This document shows, one piece after another, positions 17,342 to 26,583 of a DNA stretch of 38,963 bases. Origin of the DNA: a virus (Duplodnaviria; Caudoviricetes); the IMG/VR virus record IMGVR_UViG_3300020044_006241, positions 1-38,963 of that record. One strand, given 5' to 3'. Position 1 is the stretch's first letter. Each line of letters opens with the position of its first letter. Both the position numbers and the translations under genes were made by a program. Under the pieces are notes generated by a model. That model saw only the letters and a program-made list of their open reading frames with translations, ran no database searches and was not told where the DNA came from.

Positions 17342-20300
17342 CAGCTGACTTGAGGGAGTTCAGCTTCGTCTGACGAAGGTAGTCTTGAACACGAGCGTCA
17401 GCTTCTTCCGCACCGTAAGCCTTCGTGAGATACGCGTAGTATTTGCGAGCATCCGCGATGTCACGTTGAGGCGAAGGGAACGTCTGATACGAGTTCGACT
17501 TGAGACGACGTAACGCTTTCGCCATTGCCGCCGGGTCGTTCTTGTATTCCTCACGGAAACGATCCAACACTCCACGCAACTTCTCAGCCGCATCCAACGG
17601 TTCCGTCGAACGCTTGAACTCGCGTTCATCTGCACGGAACGCACTGTTCGCTTGCGGAACCTCAGACGGAACCTCTTGTCCGGTGGTCTGCTTATACACT
17701 CGCAGGTCACGGAACTTGTTCGTGCGTTCGACTTCGTCGCGATTAGCCCAGTAGTTTCCGACACGATACGCTTGCCATTGTGACTTGGCCAAGTCGTTCA
17801 TCAAACTCTGGATCGCGTCGACAGGGTTAGCCCCGTCTTGAACCGCACGCGAGAACTTCGTCATGTTACCAATTACTCCCTCCGAGATGAAGTCTGCGAG
17901 AGGAACACTGTATCCACGGGGTGTGTTGCCTTTGTAGAGGTCAGCGCCAACCTTGACCATGTCACCAGTCATTCCAAGGAACGAACCGAGTTGCATGACA
18001 TTCGCCAAGCGCAATGCTTCCTGTTCGATGCCGCCGTCAGCCGCTTCGATCTCTTTCCAGTTCGCATTCTGAGACTTCTTTCCGGCTTGCAGCGCTTCGT
18101 TCAACGACTCGATTGCTTCGCCAGTGAGCCAAGTCCCAAGCGAGTAGGTCAACAACGGCAGGTAATTCTCGCCCTTGTATGCGGGCTTGATTACATCCTG
18201 CCATGTGACGTTCGCTTTCTCAAGACTCCAGCGAGCCAGAGCGAACCAAGGTGCGGCCATTCCATCAACCGCAACAGCAGGCAATCCTCGCCCACCGTAG
18301 GTTCCTTGCACACGATCTACGAAGTTACTCGCCATGATGTCAGTGTCCCACTTCACTTTGCCGTCCGATCCCTTCACATCAGCGAGCGTCCCAAACTTCT
18401 TCAAGAACGCTTTGTTGCCAGAGAGCACCGCTTGATTCGCGAGTTGTTTGCCAATCGAATACGTCCAAGCGCGGTTGAACTGTTCGATAGCATCACGCCC
18501 ACTCCACTTACGCAAGTTCTCCGAAACAACATTCGCCGCGTTCACGACGTTGTCGGTTCCGAGCGGAGTGGCGATAGCGTCTAGCGGATGCGCACCAGTG
18601 CGAGCACCATACTCTAGCGACTTACGCCAAGCACTCTTCATGTCACCGAGCGACGTGATGAGAGTTGGCAAGTCTTGAACACGCATGTAAGGCAGAGAGT
18701 TAGCCGCGATGCTAGCCGCATCACGAACTCCTGAGAGCGGCCCGAGAATTGAATTCGTCACAACACGAACAGCCGCAAGCAAACGCGGCGACTTGTTGAT
18801 CTCGAAGTCACCGTCGATAAACTTCATCGCGTCACGAACTTCTTGGTGCGTCAAGATGTCGTTTCCATCTTCCGGTTCAGCACGCTTGCCAGTCTCAGGA
18901 TTCTCTAGGCGAAGCTTGCCACGAACATACTCGTCCGACTGCAACCCTTCAACCTTAGCTAGCAACCGAGACGAACGCCGACCGTAGCGTTGCATGACAC
19001 GCATCAAGTTACGCTCGCGCATCTCTTCAGGAAGCCCGTAACCGGCAGCTTTCGTGAGCGCACCAAAGTCTGCGGAATGCGCACCATTGCGGCCAATCGC
19101 CGCCACGAAATCGTTAATCTCGTTCATCGCGTCTTCCATGCTCACTGGCTTGTCAGCAGACGCCGACATCTTCACAACGTGTTCAGCCCATTCACGCTTC
19201 ATTCGCGTGGATTCACTGCTATCAACGCTCTTCGTGAACACGTCAATCGCTTTGTCGTTCAGCATCTCTGGCGCATACGACTCGCTCAACTTCGCTTTAC
19301 GACGGAGTCCTTCGCGAGTCTCAACGAACATATTCAGGCGTTGTTGATGCTCACGAGTTGGCTGCGAGATGCGTTCGTTCCAGAAGTTCGCCATCGCTTT
19401 CTCGCGTTCGCTGAACGCCGTCTCATCGACAGACTCAGGGTTGCGATACTTCTCCAGCGCGTAGTCATAGGCCCGCTTGAGTTCGCGTTCATTCGCGCCG
19501 CCGAACTGTTTCCGGAAGTCGACTAGTGGCGTGTTCAGATAGTTCGCCTCGTTAAGGCTCTTGATCTTCTCAGCACGCTCGAATGCGTCTGCGACCTTAG
19601 AGTCAAACTTGCGGACTTGATCGAATTGTGGAGCTAGCTTTTCGAGCGGGCCTTGTTTGGTTTGGTCTGTGGAGGTTCGGATTGGATCAACGTCGTCGCC
19701 CTCAGGCCGTGAACGGCGGATGTCAGGATTCGCTGGGTTAAAGTTCCCGTCGTTGCCAGTGGCGGATTTGATCTGAGTGGGATTGAACACTGCATATTGC
19801 TTTCCAGCGATGTCAAAAGCCTGACTAATGATTCCGTCAAACCCTTTGCTTTGAAGATAGTCGTTCACTACATCTGACGAGGCTCCGTCAGCCATCAAAT
19901 TATAGATACGCTTCGCCGGTTCAGTCTTCCCGAGCCACCGCAACTCAGATTCTAGTCTTCCTTTGGAATACTCTGTTAGGTTAGGAGTTGTGTCTAAAAA
20001 GTTTTTGACCAGTTCTCGAACTTCTTTTGCTGGGAGATCTTTAGTCAAGTCAAACGGGCGGTCCATCTTTAGGTAGACAGGATAAACAGCAGCCTTGTCT
20101 CCAGACTTTTCGTTTAGGGCAAACCCAGAAGCTTCTCTGGCAGACTCCGCAAAGTAATTAGCCTTCCCGAGGAAGTCAACGAAACCTGCTTTTCTGGCTC
20201 GTTCTCTGTCGTGAGTTCTAGCTTTGTCAAACACAGTGAAACCATCATTCTCGCTGCTTCCATGATACACCACTAGCGGCTTCCCTTCCTCATCAACAAC

Positions 20301-23300
20301 TTTCGAGTCTCCAAACCAGCGTTTGAATTCTGGTGTTGACGTGAAGCCTTCGCCCTCAGGCCGCGAATACCGGGCAGTCGCCTGCGCGTCAACCGAATCA
20401 TCAGCTCCAATCCCAGCATCACGCATCCGATCCAACACACCACGCTTGATGTCTGCATCAGGAACACCACGCAACTTCAGTTCAGTCGAAACCTTCACAG
20501 CGGCCTCCATCACATCAGCCGCGTCCACTCTGCCGAATTCATATTCGTCAAGAATCTTAGTCCAAGCAGCAGCGATACGTTCATTCGACATCGCTTCAGT
20601 GGCCCTGACAATACCAGTCTGTGAGCTAAGTTCAGCCTTCTTCTCAGCGATGCGATCAGCAACAGCCTTTATCAAGTCTTCGTCACCCTCAGTGGACGCA
20701 CGCTCGCCAGCAGGAACAAGTCTCTGTGATGTGCTGTTAGGATTAGCCCTGACTGCACCACGCGGCGCATCCGTTGACGCACTCTCGTTTATGTTGCGAG
20801 TCTTCAACACATCAACATCATCACGCAACATACGCTCCGCAATGCGTGCAGCGTTCTTGAATATCTTATCGTCGAAAGTCGCCTTGTCGTCAAGGCCGCG
20901 CACGTTCAGTCCCTCTTTCGCCATTGCACCATACACTTCAGCCGTGACGCGCTTGACGTAGGCTTCAGTTTGAATACTGCTGCCCCAACGATTCTGGCCT
21001 TCAGTGACTGCAAAGCGAGTGCGTCCACGGCGAGCCATCTCACCCGAGTTCTCTTTCGGGAACAGTGCGGTGCGAACGCCAGCTTCAATCGCCGGCAGGT
21101 ATGTGTCTTTGTTGCTGAGTTCGCCGCTCACGGTCGCATCCATGTCCAGCTTCTCGTTGAGCGGACGCTCACGCATTAACGGGCGGCCAGTGTCTTCATC
21201 ACGAACAGCCTTGCCGCGAACTCCCTCACGTCGAGGAAAGTTGATTGGCTTGTATTGGTTCTCGTTGACGACAGTGTTCCAGTCAATCTCACGAACACTC
21301 TTCCCCTGACGTTCAGCGTAAGCGTATATGTTACGCTTCGTGACGCCAAACCAATCAGCAAGTTCTTGTAAGCGCCATTCATTCGGCTCGTAGAAGAACT
21401 TGAGCTTACCATTCTCGTCGAAGTCTGCGAGCAATGGGTGCTTCTTGACGAATGCGCGTTGACCTTCAATCGTGCTCGTCTTCAACTCACCCTCAGTGCG
21501 AACACGTTGTTCTTGACCGCTAACGATTGGAGTGACGTCTTCGGCTGGAGCTTTAACCTCGACAGGCTTAGCCGCAACCGGAGTTTTAGCCGCAACACTA
21601 GGCGTAACAATCGGCTCACCAACGAAACGATTGCCACCAATGTTCCGTAATCCACGCTTTGTGTAGAACTCCGTGAGTTGAGCTTGCGACAGTCCTTCAC
21701 CTTCAGACGCGTTAGCCTCAAGGATCACTGGACCTTTGCGACGCAACTCATTCAACAAGCGCGTAGCTCCACCTTTACCTTGGCTCTCAGCTGGGGTATC
21801 CATGCTCAACACGAACAACCCTTCCGGAGTGCGAACGTAATCAACAGTCGCACCAGTTGCAGTGTCGAGACTCGTCTGACGCCCTTCTTCTACGTTCTCA
21901 ACATTGCGCCGGCGGCGAGCCATAGCGTAAGCTTCAGCCCGCTCGAACGTCTTGTTGTTCTCTTCCTCTGGTTTCGAGAAACGAAACTCATTCTGAGCAG
22001 GCCGCGTCTCTGGGCCAAAATTAGGCTTCTCGAAGTCCGCAACATTCTCACGTTGCCACTTCGTCAATGCTGTCCCTTCCTTCGCCATCGGAAGGTCAAG
22101 CTGCTCTGTGTTCGGTTGCTCTTCAACTCGCTTGATTTCCTTCTCGACATTGGACGCAAGAGAGTTGCGGGCTGGCGTTGTGCTGTTAGGATTAGCCCTG
22201 ACTGCACCACGCGGCGCATTCAATCCATTGTCATAACGCCACTTCATCAACAGCACCGTGTCAGCATCGTCAGCGGTTGCTTTGCCCTTCTGAACATTAG
22301 CCAGAGCCTTGCGTTCAGCACTCCACGAACGACCTTCATTCGATGGATTCTTCGCAAACTTCTGTGCAGCACGAATCGTAGCGTATTCATTCCAGTCAAA
22401 GTTCGCATCAGGACGTTTCGCCTTCGCTTCCTTGAATCGTGGATCATTCTCATAGGCCGCACGCAACTGCTCACCGAGTCGGGACTGCGACGAAATCTCA
22501 GAGTTGATCACGTTATACAACTCAGCGTGAACCGTCTCGTGTGCGCCAGTTGTGGGAACTCCTTGCAAGCCTTCGGGAAGATTCGTCTTGACGCCCTTCG
22601 TTCCAGCGTAGGTGTTGACACGAATCTTAGTTCCATCATTCGAGAACGAACCGTATCCTTCAGCCGAGTCAACAGTCTGTCGGCCTCCCTCGTTGAACGT
22701 AGTGTCCTCGACACCTTTCTGGGCCGCCTTCGCTTTCGTAAACTCCATCGACTCAGGCGAAGCGACAAAATCCGTAGTCGTCTTCTCTTCACCCTTCAGA
22801 ATCTTGTTCAACTCTTCATTCCTCGCTTTGAGTTCCTTGAGTTGAATCTTCGCTTGAGTGACAACTTCAGTGTGCTTGGCCGCCTCTGATTCAATACGAA
22901 TCTTCTCAAGCTCACCAATCTGCGAGTTGAGCGATTCAATCTCTTTCGCCACGCGCACAGCCTCATCCCCAGTCGCCGCCTCTTTCGTGCGAACAGTGCG
23001 AGTCATTTCGTTCACGCCGAGCACAGCAGGCGATGGTTCCGCTAACGGTTGCCCGCGATACGGAGCGTTCTTTAAGCCGGGGAACCGTCCAACGTATTCA
23101 CGCGGCGTAGACACTGCACCTTGCAGCACAGTGTTGAGCAACGCTTTCGGAATGTCAACCTCCTTGTCAGCGAGCTTGTCTTCGACAACACTCGAAATGC
23201 CACCGACACCGCCAGAGATCAGAACGTCCTGTGCAGCTTGACTCGTCGCCAGCTTATTCGCCAACATTCGCGGCCCCTGCTGCGCACCTTCAGTGGTGAG

Positions 23301-23834
23301 AGCGTGCCAAGCGTCCTTGAGAACTTTACCGTCAACCTTCATCGTCGGCAATGAGCCAGCGACATCACCCACAACCGACATGTATGGACGCTCTTCACGA
23401 AGTGCCGCAGACTTTTCGAGATACTCTCGGCCGCCTTGGAATTGTTCGAGAGCTTTCTCTTGAAGTTTGCTGGCGGCCATTGACGATACGACGCCAACGC
23501 CAAGTCCAGTCGCAAGACCAGCAACAGGCGGAATCCATCCGGTGAATGGACCACCAGCGAACAGTGGTGACAATGCGGTTGTGACAGCACTGCCAGCGGC
23601 AATAGAGCCGGGAAGCGAGACAGCGGAAGGGATTGCCGAGAGTGACGCTTGGCGAGCTATCGTTTCGAGCGCTCCTGTGGTCTTCGGTTTGTCAGCCGGC
23701 TTAGCCGTTGACATTGTCGGTTGAATGCGATTTCGCGGGCGGATTTCGCCGGTAATACCGTTGACTTCAACTTCATCAGGGTTGAAACCCTTCAGCGTTG
23801 CATACTCACGTGTCTCTTCGTAGGTGAGGGGCAT
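17319..23834 (-). CDS. Giant ejection / polyvalent protein (HExxH zincin-like, GNAT, ADP-ribosyltransferase-like domains)
   Basis: 2171 aa, last gene of the virion module; HETVH; QGKGGATRLL..FYTKRG; FKRWFGDSKVVD..PLVVYHGS..YFA..VYPVYL..GFDGII..VFNPTQIKSA. Confidence 0.85.
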   Translation of the reverse strand: MPLTYEETREYATLKGFNPDEVEVNGITGEIRPRNRIQPTMSTAKPADKPKTTGALETIARQASLSAIPSAVSLPGSIAAGSAVTTALSPLFAGGPFTGWIPPVAGLATGLGVGVVSSMAASKLQEKALEQFQGGREYLEKSAALREERPYMSVVGDVAGSLPTMKVDGKVLKDAWHALTTEGAQQGPRMLANKLATSQAAQDVLISGGVGGISSVVEDKLADKEVDIPKALLNTVLQGAVSTPREYVGRFPGLKNAPYRGQPLAEPSPAVLGVNEMTRTVRTKEAATGDEAVRVAKEIESLNSQIGELEKIRIESEAAKHTEVVTQAKIQLKELKARNEELNKILKGEEKTTTDFVASPESMEFTKAKAAQKGVEDTTFNEGGRQTVDSAEGYGSFSNDGTKIRVNTYAGTKGVKTNLPEGLQGVPTTGAHETVHAELYNVINSEISSQSRLGEQLRAAYENDPRFKEAKAKRPDANFDWNEYATIRAAQKFAKNPSNEGRSWSAERKALANVQKGKATADDADTVLLMKWRYDNGLNAPRGAVRANPNSTTPARNSLASNVEKEIKRVEEQPNTEQLDLPMAKEGTALTKWQRENVADFEKPNFGPETRPAQNEFRFSKPEEENNKTFERAEAYAMARRRRNVENVEEGRQTSLDTATGATVDYVRTPEGLFVLSMDTPAESQGKGGATRLLNELRRKGPVILEANASEGEGLSQAQLTEFYTKRGLRNIGGNRFVGEPIVTPSVAAKTPVAAKPVEVKAPAEDVTPIVSGQEQRVRTEGELKTSTIEGQRAFVKKHPLLADFDENGKLKFFYEPNEWRLQELADWFGVTKRNIYAYAERQGKSVREIDWNTVVNENQYKPINFPRREGVRGKAVRDEDTGRPLMRERPLNEKLDMDATVSGELSNKDTYLPAIEAGVRTALFPKENSGEMARRGRTRFAVTEGQNRWGSSIQTEAYVKRVTAEVYGAMAKEGLNVRGLDDKATFDDKIFKNAARIAERMLRDDVDVLKTRNINESASTDAPRGAVRANPNSTSQRLVPAGERASTEGDEDLIKAVADRIAEKKAELSSQTGIVRATEAMSNERIAAAWTKILDEYEFGRVDAADVMEAAVKVSTELKLRGVPDADIKRGVLDRMRDAGIGADDSVDAQATARYSRPEGEGFTSTPEFKRWFGDSKVVDEEGKPLVVYHGSSENDGFTVFDKARTHDRERARKAGFVDFLGKANYFAESAREASGFALNEKSGDKAAVYPVYLKMDRPFDLTKDLPAKEVRELVKNFLDTTPNLTEYSKGRLESELRWLGKTEPAKRIYNLMADGASSDVVNDYLQSKGFDGIISQAFDIAGKQYAVFNPTQIKSATGNDGNFNPANPDIRRSRPEGDDVDPIRTSTDQTKQGPLEKLAPQFDQVRKFDSKVADAFERAEKIKSLNEANYLNTPLVDFRKQFGGANERELKRAYDYALEKYRNPESVDETAFSEREKAMANFWNERISQPTREHQQRLNMFVETREGLRRKAKLSESYAPEMLNDKAIDVFTKSVDSSESTRMKREWAEHVVKMSASADKPVSMEDAMNEINDFVAAIGRNGAHSADFGALTKAAGYGLPEEMRERNLMRVMQRYGRRSSRLLAKVEGLQSDEYVRGKLRLENPETGKRAEPEDGNDILTHQEVRDAMKFIDGDFEINKSPRLLAAVRVVTNSILGPLSGVRDAASIAANSLPYMRVQDLPTLITSLGDMKSAWRKSLEYGARTGAHPLDAIATPLGTDNVVNAANVVSENLRKWSGRDAIEQFNRAWTYSIGKQLANQAVLSGNKAFLKKFGTLADVKGSDGKVKWDTDIMASNFVDRVQGTYGGRGLPAVAVDGMAAPWFALARWSLEKANVTWQDVIKPAYKGENYLPLLTYSLGTWLTGEAIESLNEALQAGKKSQNANWKEIEAADGGIEQEALRLANVMQLGSFLGMTGDMVKVGADLYKGNTPRGYSVPLADFISEGVIGNMTKFSRAVQDGANPVDAIQSLMNDLAKSQWQAYRVGNYWANRDEVERTNKFRDLRVYKQTTGQEVPSEVPQANSAFRADEREFKRSTEPLDAAEKLRGVLDRFREEYKNDPAAMAKALRRLKSNSYQTFPSPQRDIADARKYYAYLTKAYGAEEADARVQDYLRQTKLNSLKSAAIPTLSR
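19696..20367. repeat. 18-bp direct repeat TCGCCCTCAGGCCGYGAA (19696-19713; 20350-20367) bracketing the ART-like domain
   Basis: 17/18 identical; spacing 654 bp = 218 codons; both encode SRPEG. Confidence 0.8.
20730..22219. repeat. 41-bp perfect direct repeat (20730-20770; 22179-22219) with internal 11-6-11 imperfect palindrome
   Basis: tgtgctgttaggattagccctgactgcaccacgcggcgcat twice; spacing 1449 bp = 483 codons; encodes APRGAVRANPNST. Confidence 0.9.
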
Positions 23835-23845
23835 AGTGTTTTGTG

Positions 23846-25081
23846 TTAGTAGCCACCGTAACGATACGGATTATTGTATTGGCCCGCGCTTGGAGGAGAA
23901 GGAAGAATAGGTCCAACTGGAGCGCGATTACCATACAGAAAGTCTGCAAGCCAGTTGATTTTGCTCTCGCTCAATAGCGGTTGTCCAGTAAACACCTTTT
24001 TGATTGTGTTAAGTGCGGTTGATCCAGCATCCTCTATCCCACCAATGAGGCCGGGTCTTTCAGTGGCTTGAGTCTTCTTAGGCTCAACAACACTGAACCG
24101 TTGGTCAAGCGGAGGAACATCACTGTCAGCACTCATAGCAGTCGATCCGACTGGCGGCGCTGCTTGCATAATCGGCGTTGGAGGCGTAGGAACAAAGTTG
24201 GGATCAACATACTGGTCGATTGTTCCAAGCCCGCTGGGATCAGGCACCTTATCAGTTCTGCCGGGAGTATAGACGCCAGCCTTGACAGCAGTTGAACCGG
24301 GAAATCCCGGAACAGCAACGCTTCCATCACCAAGATTTATGGTGCCATACCGTTTCAAGTAAGGTTCTGCAAACATTGCCTCACGACCAGCACGTCGCGC
24401 AGCGTCATATTGAGGTTGACCGACAGCAGACTTGAGGAACCGAAGAGCGTCGGCTTGTTCGATTCGTTGTTGCTCATTGAACAGTGTGCGCTGTTCAACA
24501 TCATCTGGATCAAGGTTGTTCTTGGCCGCAAAGTCAAGCCAACCCTTTTGACCAGCAAGGGTTTTATCTGCGCTCAACTTTTGTTCAGCAGTCAGACGAT
24601 CTTCCGTTCCCCGTTCAGCAATAGCAGTGCTTCCCCAACGACCTTTCCTGTCTTCAAGCTCCAAGTTAGAAGCTATTAACTCTCGCTGCAACCGCTCCGC
24701 ATGAGCCTTCTGCTCTCGCAGATTCTCAAGCTCCGCCTTAAGTCGAGCATCCTGCAAAGCGCGAGCTTCTGAAGACGCTTGCGTGCCGAGTGCAAGCTGA
24801 GAATTCATCTGGTCGGCCATGGACTCTTCTCCACGCAAAGCTCTGCCCATACGAGCAAGCCAGTTGCTTTTATCCTCAAACCCAACCAATTCACCTCGTT
24901 GCTCAGACATTGTAGGAGCACCATCTGGTGTTGGATTGCTCTCAGGATCAGCAGGCATAGACGTGCTTTTTGCCTGTGCATAGACAGGAATAGCAGCACC
25001 GCTCATTGTTGAACCTCCACCAGACCAGCTGCGAATGGGGATTGGATCGTTAACTTTACCGCCGCGACGTTCTCTTGGCAT
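23846..25081 (-). CDS. Putative ejection (internal virion) protein
   Basis: Position; coiled-coil plus Pro/Gly-rich low complexity. Confidence 0.6.
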   Translation of the reverse strand: MPRERRGGKVNDPIPIRSWSGGGSTMSGAAIPVYAQAKSTSMPADPESNPTPDGAPTMSEQRGELVGFEDKSNWLARMGRALRGEESMADQMNSQLALGTQASSEARALQDARLKAELENLREQKAHAERLQRELIASNLELEDRKGRWGSTAIAERGTEDRLTAEQKLSADKTLAGQKGWLDFAAKNNLDPDDVEQRTLFNEQQRIEQADALRFLKSAVGQPQYDAARRAGREAMFAEPYLKRYGTINLGDGSVAVPGFPGSTAVKAGVYTPGRTDKVPDPSGLGTIDQYVDPNFVPTPPTPIMQAAPPVGSTAMSADSDVPPLDQRFSVVEPKKTQATERPGLIGGIEDAGSTALNTIKKVFTGQPLLSESKINWLADFLYGNRAPVGPILPSPPSAGQYNNPYRYGGY

Positions 25082-25096
25082 AAGGTGTAGTGTGAG

Positions 25097-26191
25097 TTAC
25101 TGCATTACCGCGATTCGTGAGTCCATCCAGCGGCGTATCAAAGCTTTGATTTTTGGCTTATCCTTGATTTTCGAGGCAAACCATTCGCCACGGGTCATGT
25201 AAAGATTGTAGAACCAACGAGGAGCCTTGGACATCAACCACACGCGGAACAATCTCCAGCGAGGATTGCAGTCACCGTAGACTTCACGAGCAACCCAACA
25301 ATCGCGTCTAGTGACTGCCCCAATGCCATTCATGACCGTTCCAAATGTGGCGCCAAACCGATCAAGGCTGTCACGACGCTGAGAGTTGATATTCTGACTG
25401 AGACGTTGGTTCTCTCCAGCCTGACTGAGAAGATTCGTTGTCAAGCCCATCGTATTCTGACCCAAACCAGAGGTCTGTGACCCAGCGAACTTGTTCTCGC
25501 CAGTATTACCAGAGAACGCCGAACGACCAGTCGCAACTTGGAACGGATCGAAGCCAGACTTGGTTCCCTGCATCGCTTGCGAGGTTGTCGCCAAGGCTTG
25601 CGCGAGTGAGTTCCTGCGATTCTGGCCAGCTTGACCGAAAGTCATCGCGTTCCTTATGGCAGCTGTTGGTGAACCAATGTCATTCACGCCGCCAGCGACA
25701 TTCGTTCTGTTCAGGCCGCGCGCAATCTCTTCGCTCTCCGAACCCGACAAGCCTGCGCCGCCGAACGACTCCAATAATGAGGTTCCTTGGCGGCCCAACG
25801 CCTCACGCATCTTGTAGAACTCAGGGTCAGCTTTACGCTGAAGAGCGAGAGCAGCGTCAACGAGGCCAGTCTCATTCGCTTTCGCGAGCGTAGCAGCATC
25901 AGAACCGACAGCGGCTAGCTGATTGTCGCGGGAGATTTGATTGCCAATCTGGTTGAGGATCGGACCAAACTGGCGATACGTGTCGAGTGCTAGTTGATTC
26001 TCCTGAGGGGTAATTGCACGAGAGGCGTTGATGCGGGCTTGTTCGAGAGGAAGAATATTCTCACCGGTGACTTGCGTCAAGCCGGGAAGGTTCTTAATCA
26101 ACGCCGCCATCATCGCGTCGGTGGATTCGCCACCCGATTGAGGAGCAGGATCACCTCCGCGAAGGACTCGAAACGTGTTAAATAGAGACAT
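25097..26191 (-). CDS. Putative DNA-transfer/ejection protein with CWVAREVYG C-terminal domain
   Basis: Gly/Ala/Gln/Asn-rich body; CWVAREVYG..RW..FR.WL...AP.WF...Y...GE. Confidence 0.65.
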   Translation of the reverse strand: MSLFNTFRVLRGGDPAPQSGGESTDAMMAALIKNLPGLTQVTGENILPLEQARINASRAITPQENQLALDTYRQFGPILNQIGNQISRDNQLAAVGSDAATLAKANETGLVDAALALQRKADPEFYKMREALGRQGTSLLESFGGAGLSGSESEEIARGLNRTNVAGGVNDIGSPTAAIRNAMTFGQAGQNRRNSLAQALATTSQAMQGTKSGFDPFQVATGRSAFSGNTGENKFAGSQTSGLGQNTMGLTTNLLSQAGENQRLSQNINSQRRDSLDRFGATFGTVMNGIGAVTRRDCWVAREVYGDCNPRWRLFRVWLMSKAPRWFYNLYMTRGEWFASKIKDKPKIKALIRRWMDSRIAVMQ

Positions 26192-26579
26192 AATTAGAAG
26201 CTGTTAGTTGACTAAGGTGAGAAAGTCGTTGAATTCGCTTGTAATCAACAAGCGACTTACCCTCAACTTTCTTTCGACGAAATCCTCGAAGCGTCCAGCC
26301 TCTAAAACTACCTTCAAAGAGAAGCAGAAGGTGTGCTAAGTCACGCGGCGAAGCACACACGATCTGCGTTACATCGAATACTCGCTCTGTGTGACGCGGC
26401 ATTCCGAAGCAGAACCCAGTGAGTTTGCCGTTGGTGACAACACAACCGAATCCGCCACGTTCGATTGCGTGGACAATGCTTAGTGCGATAGAACCATCGC
26501 TCCAGTTGCGGAGAACTTTCTGTTCTCCGCGAATGGCGCGTTGTGCGTGAACGAATTCGATTACGTCTTGGACGGTCAT
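26178..26579 (-). CDS. GNAT-fold-like virion assembly protein (T7 gp13 position)
   Basis: Lies between nozzle and ejection genes; VVTNGKLTGFCFG beta pattern. Confidence 0.5.
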   Translation of the reverse strand: MTVQDVIEFVHAQRAIRGEQKVLRNWSDGSIALSIVHAIERGGFGCVVTNGKLTGFCFGMPRHTERVFDVTQIVCASPRDLAHLLLLFEGSFRGWTLRGFRRKKVEGKSLVDYKRIQRLSHLSQLTASNYVSI

Positions 26580-26583
26580 GATA

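Noticed and set aside
21678-22889. 403-aa + strand ORF (also 36753..37958 +, 2369..3070 -, 27518..28276 +)
   Set aside because: Antisense shadows of well-supported genes, with no motifs; expected from codon bias.
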